DNA of 64,000 nucleotides, from NCBI GenBank assembly GCA_973895155.1, contig OZ316899.1, positions 15,403,974 to 15,467,973 of the forward strand. Reading direction: 5' to 3'. Position 1 is the first letter of the stretch, and each line of letters begins with the position of its first letter. Of the stretch, positions 46,634 to 58,388 are shown in pieces. The notes under the pieces were generated by a model. It saw only the letters and a program-made list of their open reading frames with translations, had not been told where the DNA came from and ran no database searches. The stretch is from Marsupella aquatica. Lineage: Eukaryota; Plantae; Marchantiophyta. Position numbers and translations under genes: made by a program.

Positions 46634-49600
46634 TGTTGCAACCCCTAGAACATGTCTACCTAAGGTTAGGACTAAACCCCTAACCCATGACGGTTATACA
46701 ACCAACCACCTAGACAACCGACTATGTATATGAAGGGATTGAATGAGTAAAACTGTTGGAGTTATTGTGATGTTTAACACGTTATCAGCACGAGTGTACT
46801 CCTGAGATTTTTTTTCCGACCTACAGTACAAGTGCAGACCGATCCCAATTCCAATTTTTTTCAATTTGAAGAACAAAAGTTTTTTTTCCCGATTCCGTCC
46901 CGACCCACCCATGATTTGACGAAAGGAAGATGATCGCAGATGAACAACATACACTCTTGACAACAATCCCATAAATTACAATCCAAGGCAGATTCACCCG
47001 GTGAACATTACACATCACAACATATCGCTGAGCAGAGACGGATCTGCACAATCACCCTCCGAATCTACGCTCATCACTGAATACAATGACAACAAATGCG
47101 ATTGAGAAGCTGTATTTCCAAGCGTTATGTATAGACGGATCAAATTTCTTATCATGGACACTGGATGTCGAGGCGCATCTCACATCAAAGAACCTAGAAG
47201 ATACAATCCTAACAGACAATGGCCCCACCCTACAGGAGAAGGCGAAGGCCCTGATCCTGATTCGACACCACCTTGCCGATTCTCTAAAACGCCAATATAT
47301 GAATGCCTACAACCCCCGAGTTCTATGGGACGAGCTCCATGCAAGATTTGACCATACGCGCACGATCTTCCTCCCAGCAGCGAGGCACGATTGGATTAAT
47401 CTCCGGGTACAGGACCACAAGACGATCGCTGAGTACAACAACGAACTTTTCCGAATTGTATCACAATTGGCGATTTGTGGCCACCCGGTCGATGAAGAGG
47501 AACAAATCGAAAAGACCCTGTCAACATTTCACTCAACCAATTTAGTACTATCCACACAATACCGCAACATGAGATTCACAACATACTCCGAACTGATCGC
47601 CCACATGTTGCTAGCAGAGAAGTATCAAATTCTGCTATTACAGAACACCAAGCAGCAACCTCCCGGGACCCTACCTCCACAGACCAATCCCGAAACACAC
47701 TTCAATACATGGAGATGAGGCTCTGGCACCTCATATCGCGGCAGAGGTAGCTATCGTGGAAGGAATAACTTCCATGGACGAGGCAACAATTTCCAACGGT
47801 GCGGAAGGAGCAATTACCGCGGAGGAAGGGGTCGGGGCAGAGCGCAATCAGGAACCTTCCGCAACAACTGGCCAAGAAACAACGGCAATCAACAACGGCA
47901 GAACGCCCACACAGATAAGTCAGACAACCCCCCAATTTGCCATAGGTGCGGAACTAAAGGCCACATCAGGAAAACTTGCCGGGCCCCAACACACCTCGTC
48001 GCGCTATACCAAAAGAACTTACATAATGATGAATACGAGACACATGGAGCATTCCTAGAAACTCCAGAAATCTTACCCAAACTTCACCTCGCCTTCCAGT
48101 CCGAAATGTCTAAAGCCCTGGATGACCCTCATTACTGCATACTAGACAGCGGGACCTCACACTCAATATTAAGAACCAAAGTTTACTTTACCCAGATCGT
48201 ACCCTCCCAATGGAGAGTTACCACAATTATGGGCAACCATCAGCTAGAAGAGGGCAATGGCCCAGCCAACCTGGCCCTGCCCAAGGGCACGGTTATACAC
48301 ATTAAATCTGCAATATATGCCCCAAAGGCCACACGTAACCTCTTGAGTTTCAAGGACATCCGGGAGAACGGCCTGCACATCCACACCAGCATCCACGAAT
48401 CCCAAGAAGTATTACACATCGTGGCCAAGACCAAGAATGGCATAGAAATAAAAGAGACCCTGATAGCTTTTCCATTGGGATTCTACGCCATTAGAATCCA
48501 CACCTTTTTCAATGAGACCCCTCCACAGACTATAACCGAAACATGGCATCGCCGCCTGGGACACCCAGGCACACAGATGTTCCATAAGATCCTCAAAGAC
48601 ACGCAGGGAATACCCACCTCAGTACACCCAACATCCATCCGATCCCCTTGCCTAGCATGCTCACAGGGAAAACTCACAATGAGACCTTCCCCATCCAAAA
48701 CAGACAAGAATATCCCCAAATTCCTCGAGCGAATACATGCGGATGTATGCGGCCCCGTCGATCCCCCAAGCGGACCCTTCAGGTTCTTCTTAGCTACCAT
48801 TGACGCCTCATCAAAATGGTCCCAGGTCTCCCTCCTCTCAACACGCAACTTAGTCTTCTCCCGACTCTTAGCCCATATCCTGCGCCTAAAAGCACAATTT
48901 CCCGACCACCCCATCAAAACATTAAGAGTAGACAACGCGGGAGAATTCACATCACAGACATTCGATGACTTCTGCATTGCATCTGGGATTGAGGTTGAAT
49001 ACCCTGTAGCCTACGTTCATTTCCAAAATGGGATTGCAGAATCCCTCATTAAACGTCTACAGACAATAGCTCGACCACTCCTCATGCAAACCAGTCTCCC
49101 ATCATCTGCCTGGGGCCACGCCATCCTACATGCTGCTTCACTCCTTAGATACAGGCCATCTGCTTTTAACACGAACTCCCCACACCACCTTGCATTTGGC
49201 ATCTCACCTAACCTGGCACACCTCCGAACATTCGGTTGCCAGGTCCTGGTCCCCATAATGGGACCCAAGAGGACTAAACTGGGACCCCAGAGGCAGAAGG
49301 GGATCTACATAGGTTTCGACTCCACATCCATTATTAGATACCTAGAACCTACAACTGCTGACGTATATAAAGCTAGATTTGCCGATTGCCACTTCTATGA
49401 GACAGTATTCCCAGCCTTAAACACCACACCAAAAACATCAGAACCTGCCACCAAACTACTAGCCTGGCAAATCAACTCCCAATTCTGGAACGACCCCAGA
49501 ACTTCCCAAACAGATACAGAGGTACAACGAATACTACACCTTACTCGAGTTATGGAAGAATTACCCGATGCATTCGCAGATGTTGCTAAAGTGACCAGAT

Positions 49601-52400
49601 CCCATAACCCAGCTACCAACGCACCATTTAGAATCAATATGCATGGACCACCAGCCAGCCACAAGCATTGAACCACGCAAGAAAAGAGGAAGACCTCTTG
49701 GAGCCGCGGATAAACACCCTCGCCAGAGGAGGGCCCAACAGACCACCCCGACAGAGAATGAAGAAATAGCCATTAACTACAACTACACAGGCAAAATCCA
49801 TAATAGACCCACCACAATACCAGACAACACATTCGCATTCCAAATATCAACAGCAATGATGGAGGACTCACCTGATCCCTTAACCATAGCAGAAGCGAGA
49901 AAACAACATGATTGGCAGGAATGGCAGAAGGCAGTCAATTCAGAACTGGACTCCCTGATTTCCCGACAAGTATTCGGACCCATAACGCCAGTAACTCCTG
50001 ATACTCACCTCACCAGATACAAATGGACATTCGTCAAAAAGAGGAATGCAGAAGGCGAAATAGTCAGATACAAGGCACGACTAGTGGCCAAAGGATTTAC
50101 CCAGATACCCGGCAGAGATTACGACCTGACCTACTCACCTGTCATGGACGTGATCACATATAGATACTTGATAGCATTCGCAATACATCATAAATTGACA
50201 ATGCATCAACTTGACATAGTCACTGCTTATCTATATGGACATCTTGATACCATCATTTACATGGAAGCCCCTCCTGAATTACTAACCAGAGTTCATTACC
50301 ATATTCAGGGGGAGCACAGACTACAAAACGCTCCCACCAAGAATGAAGGCCCTTTTGGCCACACAAACAAGAAAGTGCTACACACTACCGCCAAAGCAAT
50401 CTCTTGGAAGGCCCCTGCTACACAGGGAACAGATCCGAAAACACTTACTGCTCGGAACCGACTTGCTGTCCAAGTCCTCAGATCCATGTATGGACTCAAA
50501 CAGAGTGGGTGTACCTGGTACATACATTTTAAGACAGAGATGATGGCAATGGATTTCAAAACTTCAGACCTTTCACCATGCTTATTCATCAAACAAGAAA
50601 GACAAGAGATCATCATAGTAGCAATATACGTGGACGACTTGAATTTATTCGGAACACCAAGGATCCTGCAAGATACAATCAAACAACTAAACAAGGTGTT
50701 CGAGATCAGAGATTTAGGCAGAACTACATTCTGCCTCGGATTGCAATTCGAATACCTACCACACGGAGTACTACTCCACCAATCTACATATACACGCAGA
50801 ATGCTAAAGAAATTCAATATGCATAACGAAAAGGCAGTCAAGTCACCAATGGACATACGTTCTCTCGACAGAGATAAAGACATTTTCCGGAAAAGAAATG
50901 AAGAGGAGCCACTGCTTGGCTCCGAGAAGCCATACTTATCGGCTATTGGTGCACTCCTATTCTTATCTTCACAGACCCGACCTGACATCACTTTCGCAGT
51001 CAACCTGCTAGCCAGGTATAGCTCACAACCCACGATCCGACACTGGAATGGGATTAAACGTATATTCCATTACCTCAATGGCACCATTGATCTTGGATTA
51101 TTCTACTACAACGAAGCAGACATCACGCTAACGGGCTATGCTGACGCTGGGTACTTATCCGACACTGCGGACGCCAAATCTCAGACCGGATACGTCTTTC
51201 TAATCGGACCTACAGCTATCTCGTGGCGAAGCACAAAACAAACACTTACCACCACTTCTTCAAATCACTCAGAAATAATCGCACTCTATGAGGCGAGCCG
51301 CGAGTGCATCTGGTTACGGAATGTAATCAATTACCTTCAAGAAACCACAGGTAAACCTAAACTCAACTCCCCTACTATCATCTACGAAGATAACAGACCA
51401 TGCATAGAACAAATTTCTGCAGGATTCATCAAAGGTGACAAGACAAAACACATTTCCCCAAAATTTTTCTTTACACAGGAACAACATGGCGACACAATTA
51501 ACGTCCAATGGATCCCGAGTTCGAAGAACGCTGCAGACCTCTTCACAAAATCTCTACCTCCAGTACTACATAACGCACTAATCCGATTACTTGGAATGTA
51601 TAGCCTTTCTGAACTGTCACAGGAGAAGCGAACCACATAAAGACCTTCCAAGACTCAGGGGGAGCGCGCACTTACCTCCAGCTCCCAGACAGACGACACT
51701 GCTCCCCGAAGACCCAACTGCGGCACTACACTCAAATCGACCAGCATCACCAATCAACAATCCAGCTCACCGCACCACCGATGAACTCACCAGAAGACCA
51801 ACACAGACTTCATGAATCACTGATATGGTGATTACTTCAACTCCGCAGAAGCAGACAGCAATACCATGCACGAAGACGATCGATGCAGCACCTCCGTGAC
51901 AACCAAAACCACTACAACACAGCACCAACCTAATCGACTGCAACGACAACCCTACAAACTACTTACCACCTTACACTACCGAACAATTTCCAATAACATT
52001 TAGGTTAAGACAATTTTATACATTTACACTTTTACTTAGACAAACCTGACTCAACAAAGGGACGGGTGGTAACACTCTTTCCTCCCACAAGAAAGGAGGG
52101 GAGGTTTTAATGAGGTTACACCCCACCTTCTTTTTATCATACTATACCCCTACCATACAATAAACTAGAAGACAACTCAATTCCCCAATAGATAGCCAAG
52201 GTAGACTTTAAATGTCTACATCTTCTCTATAACAAAGATGTATCCAAGGGGGAGTGTTGCAACCCCTAGAACATGTCTACCTAAGGTTAGGACTAAACCC
52301 CTAACCCATGATGGTTATACAACCAACCACCTAGACAACCGACTATGTATATGAAGGGATTGAATGAGTAAAACTGTTGGAGTTATTGTGATGTTTAACA
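46634..52400 (+). mobile_element. Full-length Ty1/copia, Bianca lineage, recent insertion in the 5' LTR of B
   Basis: 146-bp LTRs (46634-46779, 52255-52400) differing at one base, TSD TCACT, PBS CGTTATCAGCACG (internal tRNA-iMet type), PPT AAGGGGGAG. Confidence 0.95.
47086..51640 (+). pseudogene. gag-pol: Bianca gag-pol (Gag-PR-INT-RT-RH) with one in-frame TGA at 47716 and a frame change near 49650
   Basis: CHRCGTKGHIRKTC, ILDSGTSHSI, WHRRLGHPG, FLERIHADVCGP, YKARLVAKGF, YVDDL, GYADAGY, KHISPKFF. Confidence 0.93.
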
Positions 52401-55008
52401 TCACTCATTTATATTTTTTACTTTTCTCACAAAGGTTACAATAGGTGCCCTCGAGTAAGCTTGCCCGCAAGAGTCTAGTAGCTGGCCCTACGGCGGGCCG
52501 CTACCTCTAACTTGTCGGGTAGAACTCCTCGAGTGACTAACTACTCAAAATCTGACAGGAAAACTATCCTCCTTAGCTCACAAAACCAAAAACTCGACTA
52601 GCTACTCCACTAGTCTAAAATAGCTTGCACGGAACTCGGGTCTGGACCAACGAGGCTCCAAACTCAAGAAACCCTCGTCTGGATCGACAAGACTCCAAAC
52701 TCAAGAAATCCCCATCTGGATCAACGAGACTCCAGACTCAAGAAATTCCCCGCTTGGATCAAAAACTCCCCACCTGGATTGAAAACTCACTCGGAACTCC
52801 AAAACCGCCGCACAACAGTTGAGTTCCACAGAACGGAGCGGAACTCACAGAACGCAACTCAACAGATCTCAATAGACAACCGCCAACCTCAATGAGCCAA
52901 GGCTCAAGTCTTAAGTAGCATTGGAAACCCAACCATCCAGCCTGAGCCAACTGCCAACAGCGAGGCTCATCCAAACTCCAAACCTGGTGACGATGAGTCA
53001 CCCAATCGCCAAACCTCAATCCATCCAACCAAGCAGCCCCTCCGAGTCAGCATGCACGCAACCCAACCGGGAGGCCTCGCCCATCATCCCGTATAAAAGC
53101 CATTCCTGAGCTGAAATCTTTCAGCACGACAATGTCATGATGGGCGGTCTAGTCCTGCTGTACGATAGTAGGTACATGCAGTTTTTGGGGAAGCTTCATA
53201 CCCGTTGGTTAGGGCCTTTCCTAGTCAATGAGATCTACCCTAACGGATCTTTGGAACTTGCGATGTATGCTGGCAATTTACTCCCCACGCGAGTCAGTTA
53301 CAATCATGTGAAGAAGTACCACCATCAAGATGACGATGCCGATAGTGATGTTCACAAGGATGCTTCACAATTAAGCAGGGAGCTATGTGACGCTGCCGGT
53401 ACAATAAGTAATGAGTGATTGGCCTAACAATGCTTAGCATGCGCGTTAGGTGTATCTTAGGCCGTAATTATTAGCATAACAATAGTATTTAGGTAGCCAT
53501 TATGAGTAGGAAATCATTAGTCAATAAGGGGCGTTCGTGTTTGGGCTGGCGGGGGGTTGCCATTCGCACGCCCGGGTTGCAAGCGTGTAATGGGCCCTCA
53601 CCTTTCCCCCTCGGGTCCGTATAATAAACTTTGGGAGGCGGCCACTAACACGAGCTGACCCGGATCGATGGAGTGGCCGGGACACTACAAGCGTGAAAGG
53701 CTCAGCCTATAAGCAACAAGGAGGCATCGGGCGATCGACAAGCTTTCAGGGTATAAAAAGGGGGTCGATCCTTTGAAGGTGCACCAGTTCTTCAGTCCAC
53801 GCGCTAGCTTCGACCCCCGTTCTCTCGCTTATCCTTAGTCGCCTTCTATCTCCTCTGAATGTCGCACACAATCCTTTCCAGTTCGGCCATACAATTCTGG
53901 ACGCAGTTCCTGTCTATTGGAGGGCACTTGGCCGACTCATTGAAACACGCCAACCCGCGCCGATATGAAATCAAACGCAAATACAAGAGAGCCATCCGCC
54001 TAGCAGGCCGCCATCACTATCTCCTTAACTTTGATTACCCATCCCAGAGGGAGCTTTACCGACCCGAAGAGATATCAGGGTACTTCTTCGACAGAGGCAA
54101 ATATATCGTCTTCTGGGAGGCAGTGCTTTGGCTTCCGGACAAGGTCTTCAATATCCCGGGCACGATTGACTTACAGCGGCACCACTTCGACCACATCCCC
54201 GCTCGGGTCCGGGACATCATCAATAGCGAGTCCAGCACTACCCAGTCTACAAGGGCGTCTACACTTGCTTCAGAAAACCTCTACCGGCACCTGCAGAATT
54301 TCATGGCAACCGTACCATCGACCGCCGGTGCCAGCCCAGTCGTGCCTGTGCTTGCACCAACACCAGCTCAGGCTCAGGCTCAGGCTCAGGCTCCGCCTCA
54401 GCCTAGCCAAACCCCGCCACCAGTCGCCTCGCCATACAGATGAGATCCGTCGTCAACGCCGTAGATCTCAGCAACGACAAAGAGGCTACGTTACCCCTGT
54501 TTAGGCGGCCCAGAGGAGCGAGCACTGAGGGAGCTGGGACTACATCGCCCCCTCCCCAGGCCCGGACCCGAGTAGCAGCTCCAGCGGACAACATGGTGAC
54601 CGTAGCCGCCCCGGCCCCAATACTAATGGCAGTGGCACTACCTATACCCGATCGAGAGGATGGGGAAGTGTCACCCTCCCCGAGCCAGTCTCGGGGAAAG
54701 AAGAGGAAGGAACCCACAATTGTATCCGGGTTACCCATGGCCACGGTAGTCGCGGCCAAGGTGACAATGCACCGCATGGGGGAGAATGTGCATAAGAACA
54801 TCCTCCACCCCAAACATGCGGTGTACTTGAAGACTCAGGGGTTCGAGCACCTCGCCTCTCTCCCCTGGAACACCCGCAGGTACTACGGGGAGGACATGAC
54901 GGAGTTCGTCAAGAATTATGATGACGTCCGTCACCATACTCGGCTGTGGGGGAGGAATATGTCCCTCACAGAAGAGTGGCTCAGGATGATCTTTGGGCTA
55001 CCCAAGGG

Positions 55009-57250
55009 TGTCACGCGATTGACATGGGTCTTAACACCAAAAACGTCACTATGGGTGCCAAAACCATCTCCTTGTACCTGAGGATCACGAAGGGATGTTG
55101 TGAATGCCGGTAAACACCAGTTTATGCCCTTAACACCAGACTATCATAGCAAGACTCTATCACACATCACCCAAGCTCAATTCCAAGGAACCGAGGTTGG
55201 GGATCAGATCTGCGCTCATGATAGTTCTGGTGAGAAGGGGTCTTCATATCGGGCCCGTACACACAGGGCCTAGCGCTACGGTGCGCATAGGTCTATACAT
55301 ATGCTTACTGTCATAGGTATGTTTCTATTCCGCCGCCGGAATGTACCCATAAACCAGTGACTCCTGACTGATTCCCGGCTTAGGGACTTCTAAGCCATTG
55401 CCCCACCACTCTGCCATTCCACTCTCAACAATCAGAGCTATGACAGTCCTCACCCAGCCCGCTTCAATGCACCCGGTACACCTCTCAGTGGCGCTGCTAG
55501 TTCCATCATACACTCAGATTGCCTCACACACACACACATCCACGAGAGAAATGAGGCCTGAGAGGAAAACTCAATTAGATTCAAAGATGTGCACAATAGT
55601 TCACTGAGAACACTTGATCATTCTTGGGGGCACATACAGATCTCACACCTCCAATTCAGAACGTCAAGTTACGCATGCATAGTTGACTCGACTTCAAAGC
55701 TGGTACCAGGCCTAACGGCGATCTATCCCAGACTGCAATGAGGCCCGGCCTCACGCTTGCCCTGCAAGCTCAGCTCTGGCCATAGATCCCTTAGTGCTCT
55801 CCACCAGACAAAGGCCGGGACTCCCCATGGATCACGTAGCCTTGCCAGACTGAACTGTAAATGCTCCTCCTGCTGCCCCTTAATCAGTACCTCAGCCTCC
55901 CTAATGTGCCCACCGCAAATCGAATTGAAATCCTCCCCACAGTTTACAATCACCAATACATCACCTATCACCAAGGCTCTGTATCGGGGGAAAAGAACCC
56001 AGTTGTGCTGCCCACTAGAAAGAGCCACAATCCAGCTCGCAAACCTAGCAACCCGTTGCTGTGAAGCTTGGCTGATTACTCCCTGAGTAATAGCACAACC
56101 AAGCTCTCCCCAACACGCAGCGTCCAAGTCCAGCCTTGCTTGCACAGAGCTCCTCCCCGCTACTCAGTCTAAGTGAGATCACACAACTGAAGTCCCCCCC
56201 CCTCTACCGGGGGGCTGCTCTATATACTCTCATACTGAGCCCAAATGGCTGGGTACTACGCTGCTGGAGCCCCATCCCAGCCCTAACAGAGCCGCCACTA
56301 TCTCTAACTACTGAACCCTAACTCGCAACTTTATTTCTATCTCGAATTGGCTATGTACTTTGGATTCGGCCCTCCTCCATGGTTTTCGCGAGCTTGCGCC
56401 TCCTCTCCCGATTTCTGTATTTAACCATTTTCTGCGTGGATAGCAGCGTTGGAAGCGGCTTGAGCTCCTCTTTCCAACGAGGTCAATTATAGCCGATTTG
56501 GTCAAATACATAGAGAGTTATGCCCCGCAACCGAGAGGGGGTACTCACTGCTGCGCTAACCCGAGTTACATAGCTAACCCGAGTTTGGCTAACCTAGCTA
56601 TCCTATCTAACCCGAGTAGAGCTAACCCGTGGTCTCGGGTTAGGCCGCTACCCGCTATCCGCTATCCGCTAACCTAGCCTAAGCTGAGCCCGAATCCGAG
56701 CTTACCTATGCTAACCTGAGCTAAGCTGAAGCCGTGTTGACCTAAGCTAAGCTGAAGCCGTGCTGACCTGAGCTAAGCTGAAGCCGTTCTTACCTGAGAT
56801 AAGCTGAAGCCGTGCTTACCTAAGCTAAGCTGAAGCCGTGCTGACCTGAGCTAAGCTGAAGCCGTGCTCACATAAGCTAAGCCGTGGTCGAGCTTGGGTT
56901 AACCCGAAACTGAAGCCGAATCCGCTAATTCCGGCCACAAGTTAACCCATCACACTAATCAGGCCGTATCTTTCTTAATACACCTCTGTTTCCCGAGTGT
57001 TTTATATCGATTTTACTCGCCTTGACCAGATCTTTCCAATGCTCTTTACAGATCCGGATTTGGTGACATATTGAAAGAGATATGGTCACCGACCACCTGC
57101 GACATAGCTTTTATTTCCCTACTCTTAACGCCATGATTGCCCTTATTCTTGCCATCTTGCTAATTGTTATGTAATATCAATAGCTACTCCTTGCATACAG
57201 CAACCTACTTAATCAGATTACAAAATAAGGACCATGTCATTGGCGTCACA
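55009..57250 (-). mobile_element. Solo LTR, family E (2242 bp)
   Basis: TGTCACGC...GCGTCACA with perfect TSD AAGGG. Shares promoter and U5 motifs with family A on the minus strand. Confidence 0.92.
56712..56888. repeat. 26-bp tandem repeat, about 6.5 copies, within solo LTR E
   Basis: ACCTGAGCTAAGCTGAAGCCGTGCTG units. Confidence 0.9.
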
Positions 57251-58388
57251 AAGGGTGATCACCGGGTCAAAGCACGGGCTCCCCGGGGCAAAGGAGCCAA
57301 GTACCAATCCTCAATTTTTCCCTCCAAGGGGTCAGTAGACAACGGGTTCGTGATGAGGACCTGCCTCATCCCCAAAATAGCCGAGCGGCTGGAGTTCCAG
57401 AGGTACGCCCTCCACATGATGGAACCCCGGGGCGAGATCTCCGCTGCCCAGGTTATCCAGGTCGAGAACTATCGACCTAGGAAGTGGGCGTCGTACTTTG
57501 CTAAGAAGTCCCATGAAGAGATGGAGCGGCGAAGGAAGGCGCTATACATCGGCGGGAAGGCGTATTTTGCAAGCCACATCGAGATCATTCTTGAGAGGTA
57601 CGCCCGGTTTGATCGACTAACCCTTCCCCGGGTCAACGTAACTAAGTTGGTCCCAGCTAGGTGGGTCTTCCTGGCCCTGGACAGACGGCCCCAACCCGAG
57701 GCCTGAAGTCTGGCGGCCACGCAGGCCTCACCCACCCCACCTCCATAAGTAGCCGTAGCCTAGCCGTGGCCGAAGTGGTACCACACGAGGCAATGATCGC
57801 AACCTTAGACGCGATCAACCAGGCCGGGCCGAGAGCAGAAGTCAAAGCGGTAGAAGACTTGGCTGAGCCCGAGGGTCCAGAAGACCCACCGGTGGCTATT
57901 CCAGAGGATAGGACGATGATGGAGGAAGACACTCCAGCCCCTTCCAACCCTACATCCCCAGGGCTGGATGTCACTACCCCAGCCCCGTGCGAATTAACGT
58001 CTGCCCGTGCCCAAATCCGGACGAGCACAAACTGGAACACCCAGAACTCTTCGTACCGGGTACATTTCTGAACGGGCTTTTGGGAGATTTCTCCCAACAG
58101 ATTGCCCAGGATACCGGGGAGTTCATGGCCCGGAAGGTAGCCTACTTCTTCAATCAGGAGTTGGTTACCGCAGTAAAGGTAGGTCGGGCCCAGTCGGAGG
58201 CCTCTCAAAGGATAGAGTGGTACCGGGTTGAGTCCATGTACCTAAAAGATGAAGTTGCGGCTCAAGAGGCTGAGCTTCTGCAACTACGACCCAATGTTGC
58301 AACCGCCGATGAGTTGTTAGCAAATGCGCACGCCCTTACCGCCCTAGCCGAATAGGCCAAAGCTGGGAAGGAGGTCGAGATTGCACGG

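Larger units (their letters stand above)
32451..53131 (-). mobile_element. Ty3/gypsy element B inserted in the A3 integrase
   Basis: LTRs 32451-33300 and 46535-53131 (the latter split by copia), TG...CA ends, 4-bp TSD ACGT/ATGT, PPT at 33301-33310, PBS-like TGGCACCATATTGGGG at 46518-46533. Confidence 0.92.
22573..58388 (+). mobile_element. Ty3/gypsy family A element (A3), non-chromovirus (Athila/Phygy-like), with nested insertions and a truncated 3' LTR
   Basis: Order is LTR, PBS, gag, PR, RT, RH, INT, PPT, LTR. No chromodomain and no additional RNase H seen. Confidence 0.9.
53386..58388 (+). mobile_element. 3' LTR of A3, interrupted by solo LTR E and truncated at 58388; carries the accessory ORF (ATG at 53859)
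   Basis: AAGCAGGGAGCTA then TGTGACGC. Colinear with 22573-25328. Confidence 0.9.

Noticed and set aside
47716-47718. Programmed stop read-through between Bianca gag and pol
   Set aside because: The TGA falls before the Gag zinc knuckle in an Arg/Gly-rich tract and is best explained as CGA-to-TGA deamination.
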